Positions 12,101-26,839 of a DNA stretch of 64,000 nucleotides are shown here, piece by piece; position 1 is the first letter of the stretch; the number at the start of each line of letters is the position of its first letter. The translations under genes and the position numbers were made by a program. Source of the stretch: Eledone cirrhosa (taxonomy: Eukaryota); the NCBI GenBank assembly GCA_964016885.1, contig OZ024743.1, positions 234,298,001 to 234,362,000 on the forward strand, read 5' to 3'. The notes beneath the pieces were generated by a model that searched no databases, had not been told where the DNA came from, and saw nothing but the letters and a program-made list of their open reading frames with translations.

Positions 12101-15100
12101 AAACCGTGTTAAACGTCAGCAAAGTCCGCCGGCGAATGGTGTGCTTCGAAGAAAACGAATCCAAAAATGACGATTTGCCGGCGGAGTTACCTTTTCAATC
12201 GCGGGCCGGCCGCCCGTGGTCGGATCGATCTGTAATTACTGGTACATGTGCAGACACTCATTGGCTATGGGTGGCGTGAATTTCAGCAAGATATCTCCGT
12301 AAAATCAATTGTTGTGGCTGTGGAACCAAACCGTGTTAAACGTCAACAAAGTCCGCCGGCGAATGGTGTGCTTCGAAGAAAACGAATCCAAAAATGACGA
12401 TTTGCCGGCGGAGTTACCTTTTCAATCGCGGGCCGGCCGCCCGTGGTCGGATCGATCTGTAATTACTGGTACATGTGCAGACACTCATTGGCTATGTGTG
12501 GCGTGAATTTCAGCAAGATATCTCCGTAAAATCAATAGTTGTGGCTGTGGAACCAAACCGTGTTAAACGTCAGCAAAGTCCGCCGGCGAATGGTGTGCTT
12601 CGAAGAAAACGAATCCAAAAATGACGATTTGCCGGCGGAGTTACCTTTTCAATCGCGGCCCGGCCGCCCGTGGTCGGATCGATCTGTAATTACTGGTACA
12701 TGTGCAGACACTCATTGGCTATGGGTGGCGTGAATTTCAGCAAGATATCTCCGTAAAATCAATAGTTGTGGCTGTGGAACCAAACCGTGTTAAACGTCAA
12801 CAAAGTCCGCCGGCGAATGGTGTGCTTCGAAGAAAACGAATCCAAAAATGACGATTTGCCGGCGGAGTTACCTTTTCAATCGCGGGCCGGCCGCCCGTGG
12901 TCGGATCGATCTGTAATTACTGGTACATGTGCAGACACTCATTGGCTATGTGTGGCGTGAATTTCAGCAAGATATCTCCGTAAAATCAATAGTTGTGGCT
13001 GTGGAACCAAACCGTGTTAAACGTCAGCAAAGTCCGCCGGCAAATGGTGTGCTTCGAAGAAAACGAATCCAAAAATGACGATTTGCCGGCGGAGTTACCT
13101 TTTCAATCGCGGGCCGGCCGCCCGTGGTCGGATCGATCTGTAATTACTGGTAGATGTGCAGACACTCATTGGCTATGGGTGGCGTGAATTTCAGCAAGAT
13201 ATCTCCGTAAAATCAATAGTTGTGGCTGTGGAACCAAACCGTGTTAAACGTCAGCAAAGTCCGCCGGCGAATGGTGTGCTTCGAAGAAAACGAATCCAAA
13301 AATGACGATTTGCCGGCGGAGTTACCTTTTCAATCGCGGGCCGGCCGCCCGTGGTCGGATCGATCTGTAATTACTGGTACATGTGCAGACACTCATTGGC
13401 TATGGGTGGCGTGAATTTCAGCAAGATATCTCCGTAAAATCAATAGTTGTGGCTGTGGAACCAAACCGTGTTAAACGTCAACAAAGTCCGCCGGCGAATG
13501 GTGTGCTTCGAAGAAAACGAATCCAAAAATGACGATTTGCCGGCGGAGTTACCTTTTCAATCGCGGGCCGGCCGCCCGTGGTCGGATCGATCTGTAATTA
13601 CTGGTACATGTGCAGACACTCATTGGCTATGTGTGGCGTGAATTTCAGCAAGATATCTCCGTAAAATCAATAGTTGTGGCTGTGGAACCAAACCGTGTTA
13701 AACGTCAGCAAAGTCCGCCGGCGAATGGTGTGCTTCGAAGAAAACGAATCCAAAAATGACGATTTGCCGGCGGAGTTACCTTTTCAATCGCGGGCCGGCC
13801 GCCCGTGGTCGGATCGATCTGTAATTACTGGTACATGTGCAGACACTCATTGGCTATGGGTGGCGTGAATTTCAGCAAGATATCTCCGTAAAATCAATTG
13901 TTGTGGCTGTGGAACCAAACCGTGTTAAACGTCAACAAAGTCCGCCGGCGAATGGTGTGCTTCGAAGAAAACGAATCCAAAAATGACGATTTGCCGGCGG
14001 AGTTACCTTTTCAATCGCGGGCCGGCCGCCCGTGGTCGGATCGATCTGTAATTACTGGTACATGTGCAGACACTCATTGGCTATGTGTGGCGTGAATTTC
14101 AGCAAGATATCTCCGTAAAATCAATAGTTGTGGCTGTGGAACCAAACCGTGTTAAACGTCAGCAAAGTCCGCCGGCGAATGGTGTGCTTCGAAGAAAACG
14201 AATCCAAAAATGACGATTTGCCGGCGGAGTTACCTTTTCAATCGCGGCCCGGCCGCCCGTGGTCGGATCGATCTGTAATTACTGGTACATGTGCAGACAC
14301 TCATTGGCTATGTGTGGCGTGAATTTCAGCAAGATATCTCCGTAAAATCAATAGTTGTGGCTGTGGAACCAAACCGTGTTAAACGTCAACAAAGTCCGCC
14401 GGCGAATGGTGTGCTTCGAAGAAAACGAATCCAAAAATGACGATTTGCCGGCGGAGTTACCTTTTCAATCGCGTGCCGGCCGCCCGTGGTCGGATCGATC
14501 TGTAATTACTGGTACATGTGCAGACACTCATTGGCTATGTGTGGCGTGAATTTCAGCAAGATATCTCCGTAAAATCAATAGTTGTGGTTGTGGAACCAAA
14601 CCGTGTTAAACGTCAGCAAAGTCCGCCGGCGAATGGTGTGCTTCGAAGAAAACGAATCCAAAAATGACGATTTGCCGGCGGAGTTACCTTTTCAATCGCG
14701 GGCCGGCCGCCCGTGGTCGGATCGATCTGTAATTACTGGTACATGTGCAGACACTCATTGGCTATGGGTGGCGTGAATTTCAGCAAGATATCTCCGTAAA
14801 ATCAATAGTTGTGGCTGTGGAACCAAACCGTGTTAAACGTCAACAAAGTCCGCCGGCGAATGGTGTGCTTCGAAGAAAACGAATCCAAAAATGACGATTT
14901 GCCGGCGGAGTTACCTTTTCAATCGCGGGCCGGCCGCCCGTGGTCGGATCGATCTGTAATTACTGGTACATGTGCAGACACTCATTGGCTATGTGTGGCG
15001 TGAATTTCAGCAAGATATCTCCGTAAAATCAATAGTTGTGGCTGTGGAACCAAACCGTGTTAAACGTCAGCAAAGTCCGCCGGCGAATGGTGTGCTTCGA

Positions 15101-16170
15101 AGAAAACGAATCCAAAAATGACGATTTGCCGGCGGAGTTACCTTTTCAATCGCGGGCCGGCCGCCCGTGGTCGGATCGATCTGTAATTACTGGTACATGT
15201 GCAGACACTCATTGGCTATGGGTGGCGTGAATTTCAGCAAGATATCTCCGTAAAATCAATTGTTGTGGCTGTGGAACCAAACCGTGTTAAACGTCAACAA
15301 AGTCCGCCGGCGAATGGTGTGCTTCGAAGAAAACGAATCCAAAAATGACGATTTGCCGGCGGAGTTACCTTTTCAATCGCGGGCCGGCCGCCCGTGGTCG
15401 GATCGATCTGTAATTACTGGTACATGTGCAGACACTCATTGGCTATGTGTGGCGTGAATTTCAGCAAGATATCTCCGTAAAATCAATAGTTGTGGCTGTG
15501 GAACCAAACCGTGTTAAACGTCAGCAAAGTCCGCCGGCGAATGGTGTGCTTCGAAGAAAACGAATCCAAAAATGACGATTTGCCGGCGGAGTTACCTTTT
15601 CAATCGCGGCCCGGCCGCCCGTGGTCGGATCGATCTGTAATTACTGGTACATGTGCAGACACTCATTGGCTATGGGTGGCGTGAATTTCAGCAAGATATC
15701 TCCGTAAAATCAATAGTTGTGGCTGTGGAACCAAACCGTGTTAAACGTCAACAAAGTCCGCCGGCGAATGGTGTGCTTCGAAGAAAACGAATCCAAAAAT
15801 GACGATTTGCCGGCGGAGTTACCTTTTCAATCGCGGGCCGGCCGCCCGTGGTCGGATCGATCTGTAATTACTGGTACATGTGCAGACACTCATTGGCTAT
15901 GTGTGGCGTGAATTTCAGCAAGATATCTCCGTAAAATCAATAGTTGTGGCTGTGGAACCAAACCGTGTTAAACGTCAGCAAAGTCCGCCGGCAAATGGTG
16001 TGCTTCGAAGAAAACGAATCCAAAAATGACGATTTGCCGGCGGAGTTACCTTTTCAATCGCGGGCCGGCCGCCCGTGGTCGGATCGATCTGTAATTACTG
16101 GTAGATGTGCAGACACTCATTGGCTATGGGTGGCGTGAATTTCAGCAAGATATCTCCGTAAAATCAATAG

Positions 16171-19100
16171 TTGTGGCTGTGGAACCAAACCGTGTTAAAC
16201 GTCAGCAAAGTCCGCCGGCGAATGGTGTGCTTCGAAGAAAACGAATCCAAAAATGACGATTTGCCGGCGGAGTTACCTTTTCAATCGCGGGCCGGCCGCC
16301 CGTGGTCGGATCGATCTGTAATTACTGGTACATGTGCAGACACTCATTGGCTATGGGTGGCGTGAATTTCAGCAAGATATCTCCGTAAAATCAATAGTTG
16401 TGGCTGTGGAACCAAACCGTGTTAAACGTCAACAAAGTCCGCCGGCGAATGGTGTGCTTCGAAGAAAACGAATCCAAAAATGACGATTTGCCGGCGGAGT
16501 TACCTTTTCAATCGCGGGCCGGCCGCCCGTGGTCGGATCGATCTGTAATTACTGGTACATGTGCAGACACTCATTGGCTATGTGTGGCGTGAATTTCAGC
16601 AAGATATCTCCGTAAAATCAATAGTTGTGGCTGTGGAACCAAACCGTGTTAAACGTCAGCAAAGTCCGCCGGCGAATGGTGTGCTTCGAAGAAAACGAAT
16701 CCAAAAATGACGATTTGCCGGCGGAGTTACCTTTTCAATCGCGGGCCGGCCGCCCGTGGTCGGATCGATCTGTAATTACTGGTACATGTGCAGACACTCA
16801 TTGGCTATGGGTGGCGTGAATTTCAGCAAGATATCTCCGTAAAATCAATTGTTGTGGCTGTGGAACCAAACCGTGTTAAACGTCAACAAAGTCCGCCGGC
16901 GAATGGTGTGCTTCGAAGAAAACGAATCCAAAAATGACGATTTGCCGGCGGAGTTACCTTTTCAATCGCGGGCCGGCCGCCCGTGGTCGGATCGATCTGT
17001 AATTACTGGTACATGTGCAGACACTCATTGGCTATGTGTGGCGTGAATTTCAGCAAGATATCTCCGTAAAATCAATAGTTGTGGCTGTGGAACCAAACCG
17101 TGTTAAACGTCAGCAAAGTCCGCCGGCGAATGGTGTGCTTCGAAGAAAACGAATCCAAAAATGACGATTTGCCGGCGGAGTTACCTTTTCAATCGCGGCC
17201 CGGCCGCCCGTGGTCGGATCGATCTGTAATTACTGGTACATGTGCAGACACTCATTGGCTATGTGTGGCGTGAATTTCAGCAAGATATCTCCGTAAAATC
17301 AATAGTTGTGGCTGTGGAACCAAACCGTGTTAAACGTCAGCAAAGTCCGCCGGCGAATGGTGTGCTTCGAAGAAAACGAATCCAAAAATGACGATTTGCC
17401 GGCGGAGTTACCTTTTCAATCGCGGCCCGGCCGCCCGTGGTCGGATCGATCTGTAATTACTGGTACATGTGCAGACACTCATTGGCTATGTGTGGCGTGA
17501 ATTTCAGCAAGATATCTCCGTAAAATCAATAGTTGTGGCTGTGGAACCAAACCGTGTTAAACGTCAACAAAGTCCGCCGGCGAATGGTGTGCTTCGAAGA
17601 AAACGAATCCAAAAATGACGATTTGCCGGCGGAGTTACCTTTTCAATCGCGGGCCGGCCGCCCGTGGTCGGATCGATCTGTAATTACTGGTACATGTGCA
17701 GACACTCATTGGCTATGTGTGGCGTGAATTTCAGCAAGATATCTCCGTAAAATCAATAGTTGTGGCTGTGGAACCAAACCGTGTTAAACGTCAGCAAAGT
17801 CCGCCGGCGAATGGTGTGCTTCGAAGAAAACGAATCCAAAAATGACGATTTGCCGGCGGAGTTACCTTTTCAATCGCGGGCCGGCCGCCCGTGGTCGGAT
17901 CGATCTGTAATTACTGGTACATGTGCAGACACTCATTGGCTATGGGTGGCGTGAATTTCAGCAAGATATCTCCGTAAAATCAATAGTTGTGGCTGTGGAA
18001 CCAAACCGTGTTAAACGTCAACAAAGTCCGCCGGCGAATGGTGTGCTTCGAAGAAAACGAATCCAAAAATGACGATTTGCCGGCGGAGTTACCTTTTCAA
18101 TCGCGGGCCGGCCGCCCGTGGTCGGATCGATCTGTAATTACTGGTACATGTGCAGACACTCATTGGCTATGTGTGGCGTGAATTTCAGCAAGATATCTCC
18201 GTAAAATCAATAGTTGTGGCTGTGGAACCAAACCGTGTTAAACGTCAGCAAAGTCCGCCGGCGAATGGTGTGCTTCGAAGAAAACGAATCCAAAAATGAC
18301 GATTTGCCGGCGGAGTTACCTTTTCAATCGCGGGCCGGCCGCCCGTGGTCGGATCGATCTGTAATTACTGGTACATGTGCAGACACTCATTGGCTATGGG
18401 TGGCGTGAATTTCAGCAAGATATCTCCGTAAAATCAATTGTTGTGGCTGTGGAACCAAACCGTGTTAAACGTCAACAAAGTCCGCCGGCGAATGGTGTGC
18501 TTCGAAGAAAACGAATCCAAAAATGACGATTTGCCGGCGGAGTTACCTTTTCAATCGCGGGCCGGCCGCCCGTGGTCGGATCGATCTGTAATTACTGGTA
18601 CATGTGCAGACACTCATTGGCTATGTGTGGCGTGAATTTCAGCAAGATATCTCCGTAAAATCAATAGTTGTGGCTGTGGAACCAAACCGTGTTAAACGTC
18701 AGCAAAGTCCGCCGGCGAATGGTGTGCTTCGAAGAAAACGAATCCAAAAATGACGATTTGCCGGCGGAGTTACCTTTTCAATCGCGGCCCGGCCGCCCGT
18801 GGTCGGATCGTTCTGTAATTACTGGTACATGTGCAGACACTCATTGGCTATGTGTGGCGTGAATTTCAGCAAGATATCTCCGTAAAATCAATAGTTGTGG
18901 CTGTGGAACCAAACCGTGTTAAACGTCAGCAAAGTCCGCCGGCGAATGGTGTGCTTCGAAGAAAACGAATCCAAAAATGACGATTTGCCGGCGGAGTTAC
19001 CTTTTCAATCGCGGCCCGGCCGCCCGTGGTCGGATCGATCTGTAATTACTGGTACATGTGCAGACACTCATTGGCTATGTGTGGCGTGAATTTCAGCAAG

Positions 19101-19770
19101 ATATCTCCGTAAAATCAATAGTTGTGGCTGTGGAACCAAACCGTGTTAAACGTCAACAAAGTCCGCCGGCGAATGGTGTGCTTCGAAGAAAACGAATCCA
19201 AAAATGACGATTTGCCGGCGGAGTTACCTTTTCAATCGCGGGCCGGCCGCCCGTGGTCGGATCGATCTGTAATTACTGGTACATGTGCAGACACTCATTG
19301 GCTATGTGTGGCGTGAATTTCAGCAAGATATCTCCGTAAAATCAATAGTTGTGGCTGTGGAACCAAACCGTGTTAAACGTCAGCAAAGTCCGCCGGCGAA
19401 TGGTGTGCTTCGAAGAAAACGAATCCAAAAATGACGATTTGCCGGCGGAGTTACCTTTTCAATCGCGGGCCGGCCGCCCGTGGTCGGATCGATCTGTAAT
19501 TACTGGTACATGTGCAGACACTCATTGGCTATGGGTGGCGTGAATTTCAGCAAGATATCTCCGTAAAATCAATAGTTGTGGCTGTGGAACCAAACCGTGT
19601 TAAACGTCAACAAAGTCCGCCGGCGAATGGTGTGCTTCGAAGAAAACGAATCCAAAAATGACGATTTGCCGGCGGAGTTACCTTTTCAATCGCGGGCCGG
19701 CCGCCCGTGGTCGGATCGATCTGTAATTACTGGTACATGTGCAGACACTCATTGGCTATGTGTGGCGTGA
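16171..19770. repeat. 7-monomer (1589 bp) tandem higher-order duplication
   Basis: 65-aa ORFs at 16849 and 18438 (difference 1589) are each followed by SPC-SPC-NC-SW-NC. Confidence 0.8.
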
Positions 19771-22700
19771 ATTTCAGCAAGATATCTCCGTAAAATCAAT
19801 AGTTGTGGTTGTGGAACCAAACCGTGTTAAACGTCAGCAAAGTCCGCCGGCGAATGGTGTGCTTCGAAGAAAACGAATCCAAAAATGACGATTTGCCGGC
19901 GGAGTTACCTTTTCAATCGCGGGCCGGCCGCCCGTGGTCGGATCGATCTGTAATTACTGGTACATGTGCAGACACTCATTGGCTATGGGTGGCGTGAATT
20001 TCAGCAAGATATCTCCGTAAAATCAATAGTTGTGGCTGTGGAACCAAACCGTGTTAAACGTCAACAAAGTCCGCCGGCGAATGGTGTGCTTCGAAGAAAA
20101 CGAATCCAAAAATGACGATTTGCCGGCGGAGTTACCTTTTCAATCGCGGGCCGGCCGCCCGTGGTCGGATCGATCTGTAATTACTGGTACATGTGCAGAC
20201 ACTCATTGGCTATGTGTGGCGTGAATTTCAGCAAGATATCTCCGTAAAATCAATAGTTGTGGCTGTGGAACCAAACCGTGTTAAACGTCAGCAAAGTCCG
20301 CCGGCGAATGGTGTGCTTCGAAGAAAACGAATCCAAAAATGACGATTTGCCGGCGGAGTTACCTTTTCAATCGCGGCCCGGCCGCCCGTGGTCGGATCGA
20401 TCTGTAATTACTGGTACATGTGCAGACACTCATTGGCTATGTGTGGCGTGAATTTCAGCAAGATATCTCCGTAAAATCAATAGTTGTGGCTGTGGAACCA
20501 AACCGTGTTAAACGTCAACAAAGTCCGCCGGCGAATGGTGTGCTTCGAAGAAAACGAATCCAAAAATGACGATTTGCCGGCGGAGTTACCTTTTCAATCG
20601 CGGGCCGGCCGCCCGTGGTCGGATCGATCTGTAATTACTGGTACATGTGCAGACACTCATTGGCTATGGGTGGCGTGAATTTCAGCAAGATATCTCCGTA
20701 AAATCAATAGTTGTGGCTGTGGAACCAAACCGTGTTAAACGTCAACAAAGTCCGCCGGCGAATGGTGTGCTTCGAAGAAAACGAATCCAAAAATGACGAT
20801 TTGCCGGCGGAGTTACCTTTTCAATCGCGGGCCGGCCGCCCGTGGTCGGATCGATCTGTAATTACTGGTACATGTGCAGACACTCATTGGCTATGTGTGG
20901 CGTGAATTTCAGCAAGATATCTCCGTAAAATCAATAGTTGTGGCTGTGGAACCAAACCGTGTTAAACGTCAGCAAAGTCCGCCGGCAAATGGTGTGCTTC
21001 GAAGAAAACGAATCCAAAAATGACGATTTGCCGGCGGAGTTACCTTTTCAATCGCGGGCCGGCCGCCCGTGGTCGGATCGATCTGTAATTACTGGTAGAT
21101 GTGCAGACACTCATTGGCTATGGGTGGCGTGAATTTCAGCAAGATATCTCCGTAAAATCAATAGTTGTGGCTGTGGAACCAAACCGTGTTAAACGTCAGC
21201 AAAGTCCGCCGGCGAATGGTGTGCTTCGAAGAAAACGAATCCAAAAATGACGATTTGCCGGCGGAGTTACCTTTTCAATCGCGGGCCGGCCGCCCGTGGT
21301 CGGATCGATCTGTAATTACTGGTACATGTGCAGACACTCATTGGCTATGGGTGGCGTGAATTTCAGCAAGATATCTCCGTAAAATCAATAGTTGTGGCTG
21401 TGGAACCAAACCGTGTTAAACGTCAACAAAGTCCGCCGGCGAATGGTGTGCTTCGAAGAAAACGAATCCAAAAATGACGATTTGCCGGCGGAGTTACCTT
21501 TTCAATCGCGGGCCGGCCGCCCGTGGTCGGATCGATCTGTAATTACTGGTACATGTGCAGACACTCATTGGCTATGTGTGGCGTGAATTTCAGCAAGATA
21601 TCTCCGTAAAATCAATAGTTGTGGCTGTGGAACCAAACCGTGTTAAACGTCAGCAAAGTCCGCCGGCGAATGGTGTGCTTCGAAGAAAACGAATCCAAAA
21701 ATGACGATTTGCCGGCGGAGTTACCTTTTCAATCGCGGGCCGGCCGCCCGTGGTCGGATCGATCTGTAATTACTGGTACATGTGCAGACACTCATTGGCT
21801 ATGTGTGGCGTGAATTTCAGCAAGATATCTCCGTAAAATCAATAGTTGTGGCTGTGGAACCAAACCGTGTTAAACGTCAGCAAAGTCCGCCGGCGAATGG
21901 TGTGCTTCGAAGAAAACGAATCCAAAAATGACGATTTGCCGGCGGAGTTACCTTTTCAATCGCGGCCCGGCCGCCCGTGGTCGGATCGATCTGTAATTAC
22001 TGGTACATGTGCAGACACTCATTGGCTATGTGTGGCGTGAATTTCAGCAAGATATCTCCGTAAAATCAATAGTTGTGGCTGTGGAACCAAACCGTGTTAA
22101 ACGTCAACAAAGTCCGCCGGCGAATGGTGTGCTTCGAAGAAAACGAATCCAAAAATGACGATTTGCCGGCGGAGTTACCTTTTCAATCGCGGGCCGGCCG
22201 CCCGTGGTCGGATCGATCTGTAATTACTGGTACATGTGCAGACACTCATTGGCTATGTGTGGCGTGAATTTCAGCAAGATATCTCCGTAAAATCAATAGT
22301 TGTGGCTGTGGAACCAAACCGTGTTAAACGTCAGCAAAGTCCGCCGGCGAATGGTGTGCTTCGAAGAAAACGAATCCAAAAATGACGATTTGCCGGCGGA
22401 GTTACCTTTTCAATCGCGGGCCGGCCGCCCGTGGTCGGATCGATCTGTAATTACTGGTACATGTGCAGACACTCATTGGCTATGTGTGGCGTGAATTTCA
22501 GCAAGATATCTCCGTAAAATCAATAGTTGTGGTTGTGGAACCAAACCGTGTTAAACGTCAGCAAAGTCCGCCGGCGAATGGTGTGCTTCGAAGAAAACGA
22601 ATCCAAAAATGACGATTTGCCGGCGGAGTTACCTTTTCAATCGCGGGCCGGCCGCCCGTGGTCGGATCGATCTGTAATTACTGGTACATGTGCAGACACT

Positions 22701-25700
22701 CATTGGCTATGGGTGGCGTGAATTTCAGCAAGATATCTCCGTAAAATCAATAGTTGTGGCTGTGGAACCAAACCGTGTTAAACGTCAACAAAGTCCGCCG
22801 GCGAATGGTGTGCTTCGAAGAAAACGAATCCAAAAATGACGATTTGCCGGCGGAGTTACCTTTTCAATCGCGGGCCGGCCGCCCGTGGTCGGATCGATCT
22901 GTAATTACTGGTACATGTGCAGACACTCATTGGCTATGTGTGGCGTGAATTTCAGCAAGATATCTCCGTAAAATCAATAGTTGTGGCTGTGGAACCAAAC
23001 CGTGTTAAACGTCAGCAAAGTCCGCCGGCAAATGGTGTGCTTCGAAGAAAACGAATCCAAAAATGACGATTTGCCGGCGGAGTTACCTTTTCAATCGCGG
23101 GCCGGCCGCCCGTGGTCGGATCGATCTGTAATTACTGGTACATGTGCAGACACTCATTGGCTATGTGTGGCGTGAATTTCAGCAAGATATCTCCGTAAAA
23201 TCAATAGTTGTGGCTGTGGAACCAAACCGTGTTAAACGTCAGCAAAGTCCGCCGGCGAATGGTGTGCTTCGAAGAAAACGAATCCAAAAATGACGATTTG
23301 CCGGCGGAGTTACCTTTTCAATCGCGGGCCGGCCGCCCGTGGTCGGATCGATCTGTAATTACTGGTACATGTGCAGACACTCATTGGCTATGGGTGGCGT
23401 GAATTTCAGCAAGATATCTCCGTAAAATCAATTGTTGTGGCTGTGGAACCAAACCGTGTTAAACGTCAACAAAGTCCGCCGGCGAATGGTGTGCTTCGAA
23501 GAAAACGAATCCAAAAATGACGATTTGCCGGCGGAGTTACCTTTTCAATCGCGGGCCGGCCGCCCGTGGTCGGATCGATCTGTAATTACTGGTACATGTG
23601 CAGACACTCATTGGCTATGTGTGGCGTGAATTTCAGCAAGATATCTCCGTAAAATCAATAGTTGTGGCTGTGGAACCAAACCGTGTTAAACGTCAGCAAA
23701 GTCCGCCGGCGAATGGTGTGCTTCGAAGAAAACGAATCCAAAAATGACGATTTGCCGGCGGAGTTACCTTTTCAATCGCGGGCCGGCCGCCCGTGGTCGG
23801 ATCGATCTGTAATTACTGGTACATGTGCAGACACTCATTGGCTATGGGTGGCGTGAATTTCAGCAAGATATCTCCGTAAAATCAATAGTTGTGGCTGTGG
23901 AACCAAACCGTGTTAAACGTCAACAAAGTCCGCCGGCGAATGGTGTGCTTCGAAGAAAACGAATCCAAAAATGACGATTTGCCGGCGGAGTTACCTTTTC
24001 AATCGCGGGCCGGCCGCCCGTGGTCGGATCGATCTGTAATTACTGGTACATGTGCAGACACTCATTGGCTATGTGTGGCGTGAATTTCAGCAAGATATCT
24101 CCGTAAAATCAATAGTTGTGGCTGTGGAACCAAACCGTGTTAAACGTCAGCAAAGTCCGCCGGCGAATGGTGTGCTTCGAAGAAAACGAATCCAAAAATG
24201 ACGATTTGCCGGCGGAGTTACCTTTTCAATCGCGGGCCGGCCGCCCGTGGTCGGATCGATCTGTAATTACTGGTACATGTGCAGACACTCATTGGCTATG
24301 GGTGGCGTGAATTTCAGCAAGATATCTCCGTAAAATCAATTGTTGTGGCTGTGGAACCAAACCGTGTTAAACGTCAACAAAGTCCGCCGGCGAATGGTGT
24401 GCTTCGAAGAAAACGAATCCAAAAATGACGATTTGCCGGCGGAGTTACCTTTTCAATCGCGGGCCGGCCGCCCGTGGTCGGATCGATCTGTAATTACTGG
24501 TACATGTGCAGACACTCATTGGCTATGTGTGGCGTGAATTTCAGCAAGATATCTCCGTAAAATCAATAGTTGTGGCTGTGGAACCAAACCGTGTTAAACG
24601 TCAGCAAAGTCCGCCGGCGAATGGTGTGCTTCGAAGAAAACGAATCCAAAAATGACGATTTGCCGGCGGAGTTACCTTTTCAATCGCGGCCCGGCCGCCC
24701 GTGGTCGGATCGATCTGTAATTACTGGTACATGTGCAGACACTCATTGGCTATGTGTGGCGTGAATTTCAGCAAGATATCTCCGTAAAATCAATAGTTGT
24801 GGCTGTGGAACCAAACCGTGTTAAACGTCAGCAAAGTCCGCCGGCGAATGGTGTGCTTCGAAGAAAACGAATCCAAAAATGACGATTTGCCGGCGGAGTT
24901 ACCTTTTCAATCGCGGGCCGGCCGCCCGTGGTCGGATCGATCTGTAATTACTGGTACATGTGCAGACACTCATTGGCTATGGGTGGCGTGAATTTCAGCA
25001 AGATATCTCCGTAAAATCAATAGTTGTGGCTGTGGAACCAAACCGTGTTAAACGTCAACAAAGTCCGCCGGCGAATGGTGTGCTTCGAAGAAAACGAATC
25101 CAAAAATGACGATTTGCCGGCGGAGTTACCTTTTCAATCGCGGGCCGGCCGCCCGTGGTCGGATCGATCTGTAATTACTGGTACATGTGCAGACACTCAT
25201 TGGCTATGTGTGGCGTGAATTTCAGCAAGATATCTCCGTAAAATCAATAGTTGTGGTTGTGGAACCAAACCGTGTTAAACGTCAGCAAAGTCCGCCGGCG
25301 AATGGTGTGCTTCGAAGAAAACGAATCCAAAAATGACGATTTGCCGGCGGAGTTACCTTTTCAATCGCGGGCCGGCCGCCCGTGGTCGGATCGATCTGTA
25401 ATTACTGGTACATGTGCAGACACTCATTGGCTATGGGTGGCGTGAATTTCAGCAAGATATCTCCGTAAAATCAATAGTTGTGGCTGTGGAACCAAACCGT
25501 GTTAAACGTCAACAAAGTCCGCCGGCGAATGGTGTGCTTCGAAGAAAACGAATCCAAAAATGACGATTTGCCGGCGGAGTTACCTTTTCAATCGCGGGCC
25601 GGCCGCCCGTGGTCGGATCGATCTGTAATTACTGGTACATGTGCAGACACTCATTGGCTATGTGTGGCGTGAATTTCAGCAAGATATCTCCGTAAAATCA

Positions 25701-26839
25701 ATAGTTGTGGCTGTGGAACCAAACCGTGTTAAACGTCAGCAAAGTCCGCCGGCAAATGGTGTGCTTCGAAGAAAACGAATCCAAAAATGACGATTTGCCG
25801 GCGGAGTTACCTTTTCAATCGCGGGCCGGCCGCCCGTGGTCGGATCGATCTGTAATTACTGGTACATGTGCAGACACTCATTGGCTATGTGTGGCGTGAA
25901 TTTCAGCAAGATATCTCCGTAAAATCAATAGTTGTGGCTGTGGAACCAAACCGTGTTAAACGTCAGCAAAGTCCGCCGGCGAATGGTGTGCTTCGAAGAA
26001 AACGAATCCAAAAATGACGATTTGCCGGCGGAGTTACCTTTTCAATCGCGGGCCGGCCGCCCGTGGTCGGATCGATCTGTAATTACTGGTACATGTGCAG
26101 ACACTCATTGGCTATGGGTGGCGTGAATTTCAGCAAGATATCTCCGTAAAATCAATTGTTGTGGCTGTGGAACCAAACCGTGTTAAACGTCAACAAAGTC
26201 CGCCGGCGAATGGTGTGCTTCGAAGAAAACGAATCCAAAAATGACGATTTGCCGGCGGAGTTACCTTTTCAATCGCGGGCCGGCCGCCCGTGGTCGGATC
26301 GATCTGTAATTACTGGTACATGTGCAGACACTCATTGGCTATGTGTGGCGTGAATTTCAGCAAGATATCTCCGTAAAATCAATAGTTGTGGCTGTGGAAC
26401 CAAACCGTGTTAAACGTCAGCAAAGTCCGCCGGCGAATGGTGTGCTTCGAAGAAAACGAATCCAAAAATGACGATTTGCCGGCGGAGTTACCTTTTCAAT
26501 CGCGGGCCGGCCGCCCGTGGTCGGATCGATCTGTAATTACTGGTACATGTGCAGACACTCATTGGCTATGGGTGGCGTGAATTTCAGCAAGATATCTCCG
26601 TAAAATCAATAGTTGTGGCTGTGGAACCAAACCGTGTTAAACGTCAACAAAGTCCGCCGGCGAATGGTGTGCTTCGAAGAAAACGAATCCAAAAATGACG
26701 ATTTGCCGGCGGAGTTACCTTTTCAATCGCGGGCCGGCCGCCCGTGGTCGGATCGATCTGTAATTACTGGTACATGTGCAGACACTCATTGGCTATGTGT
26801 GGCGTGAATTTCAGCAAGATATCTCCGTAAAATCAATAG

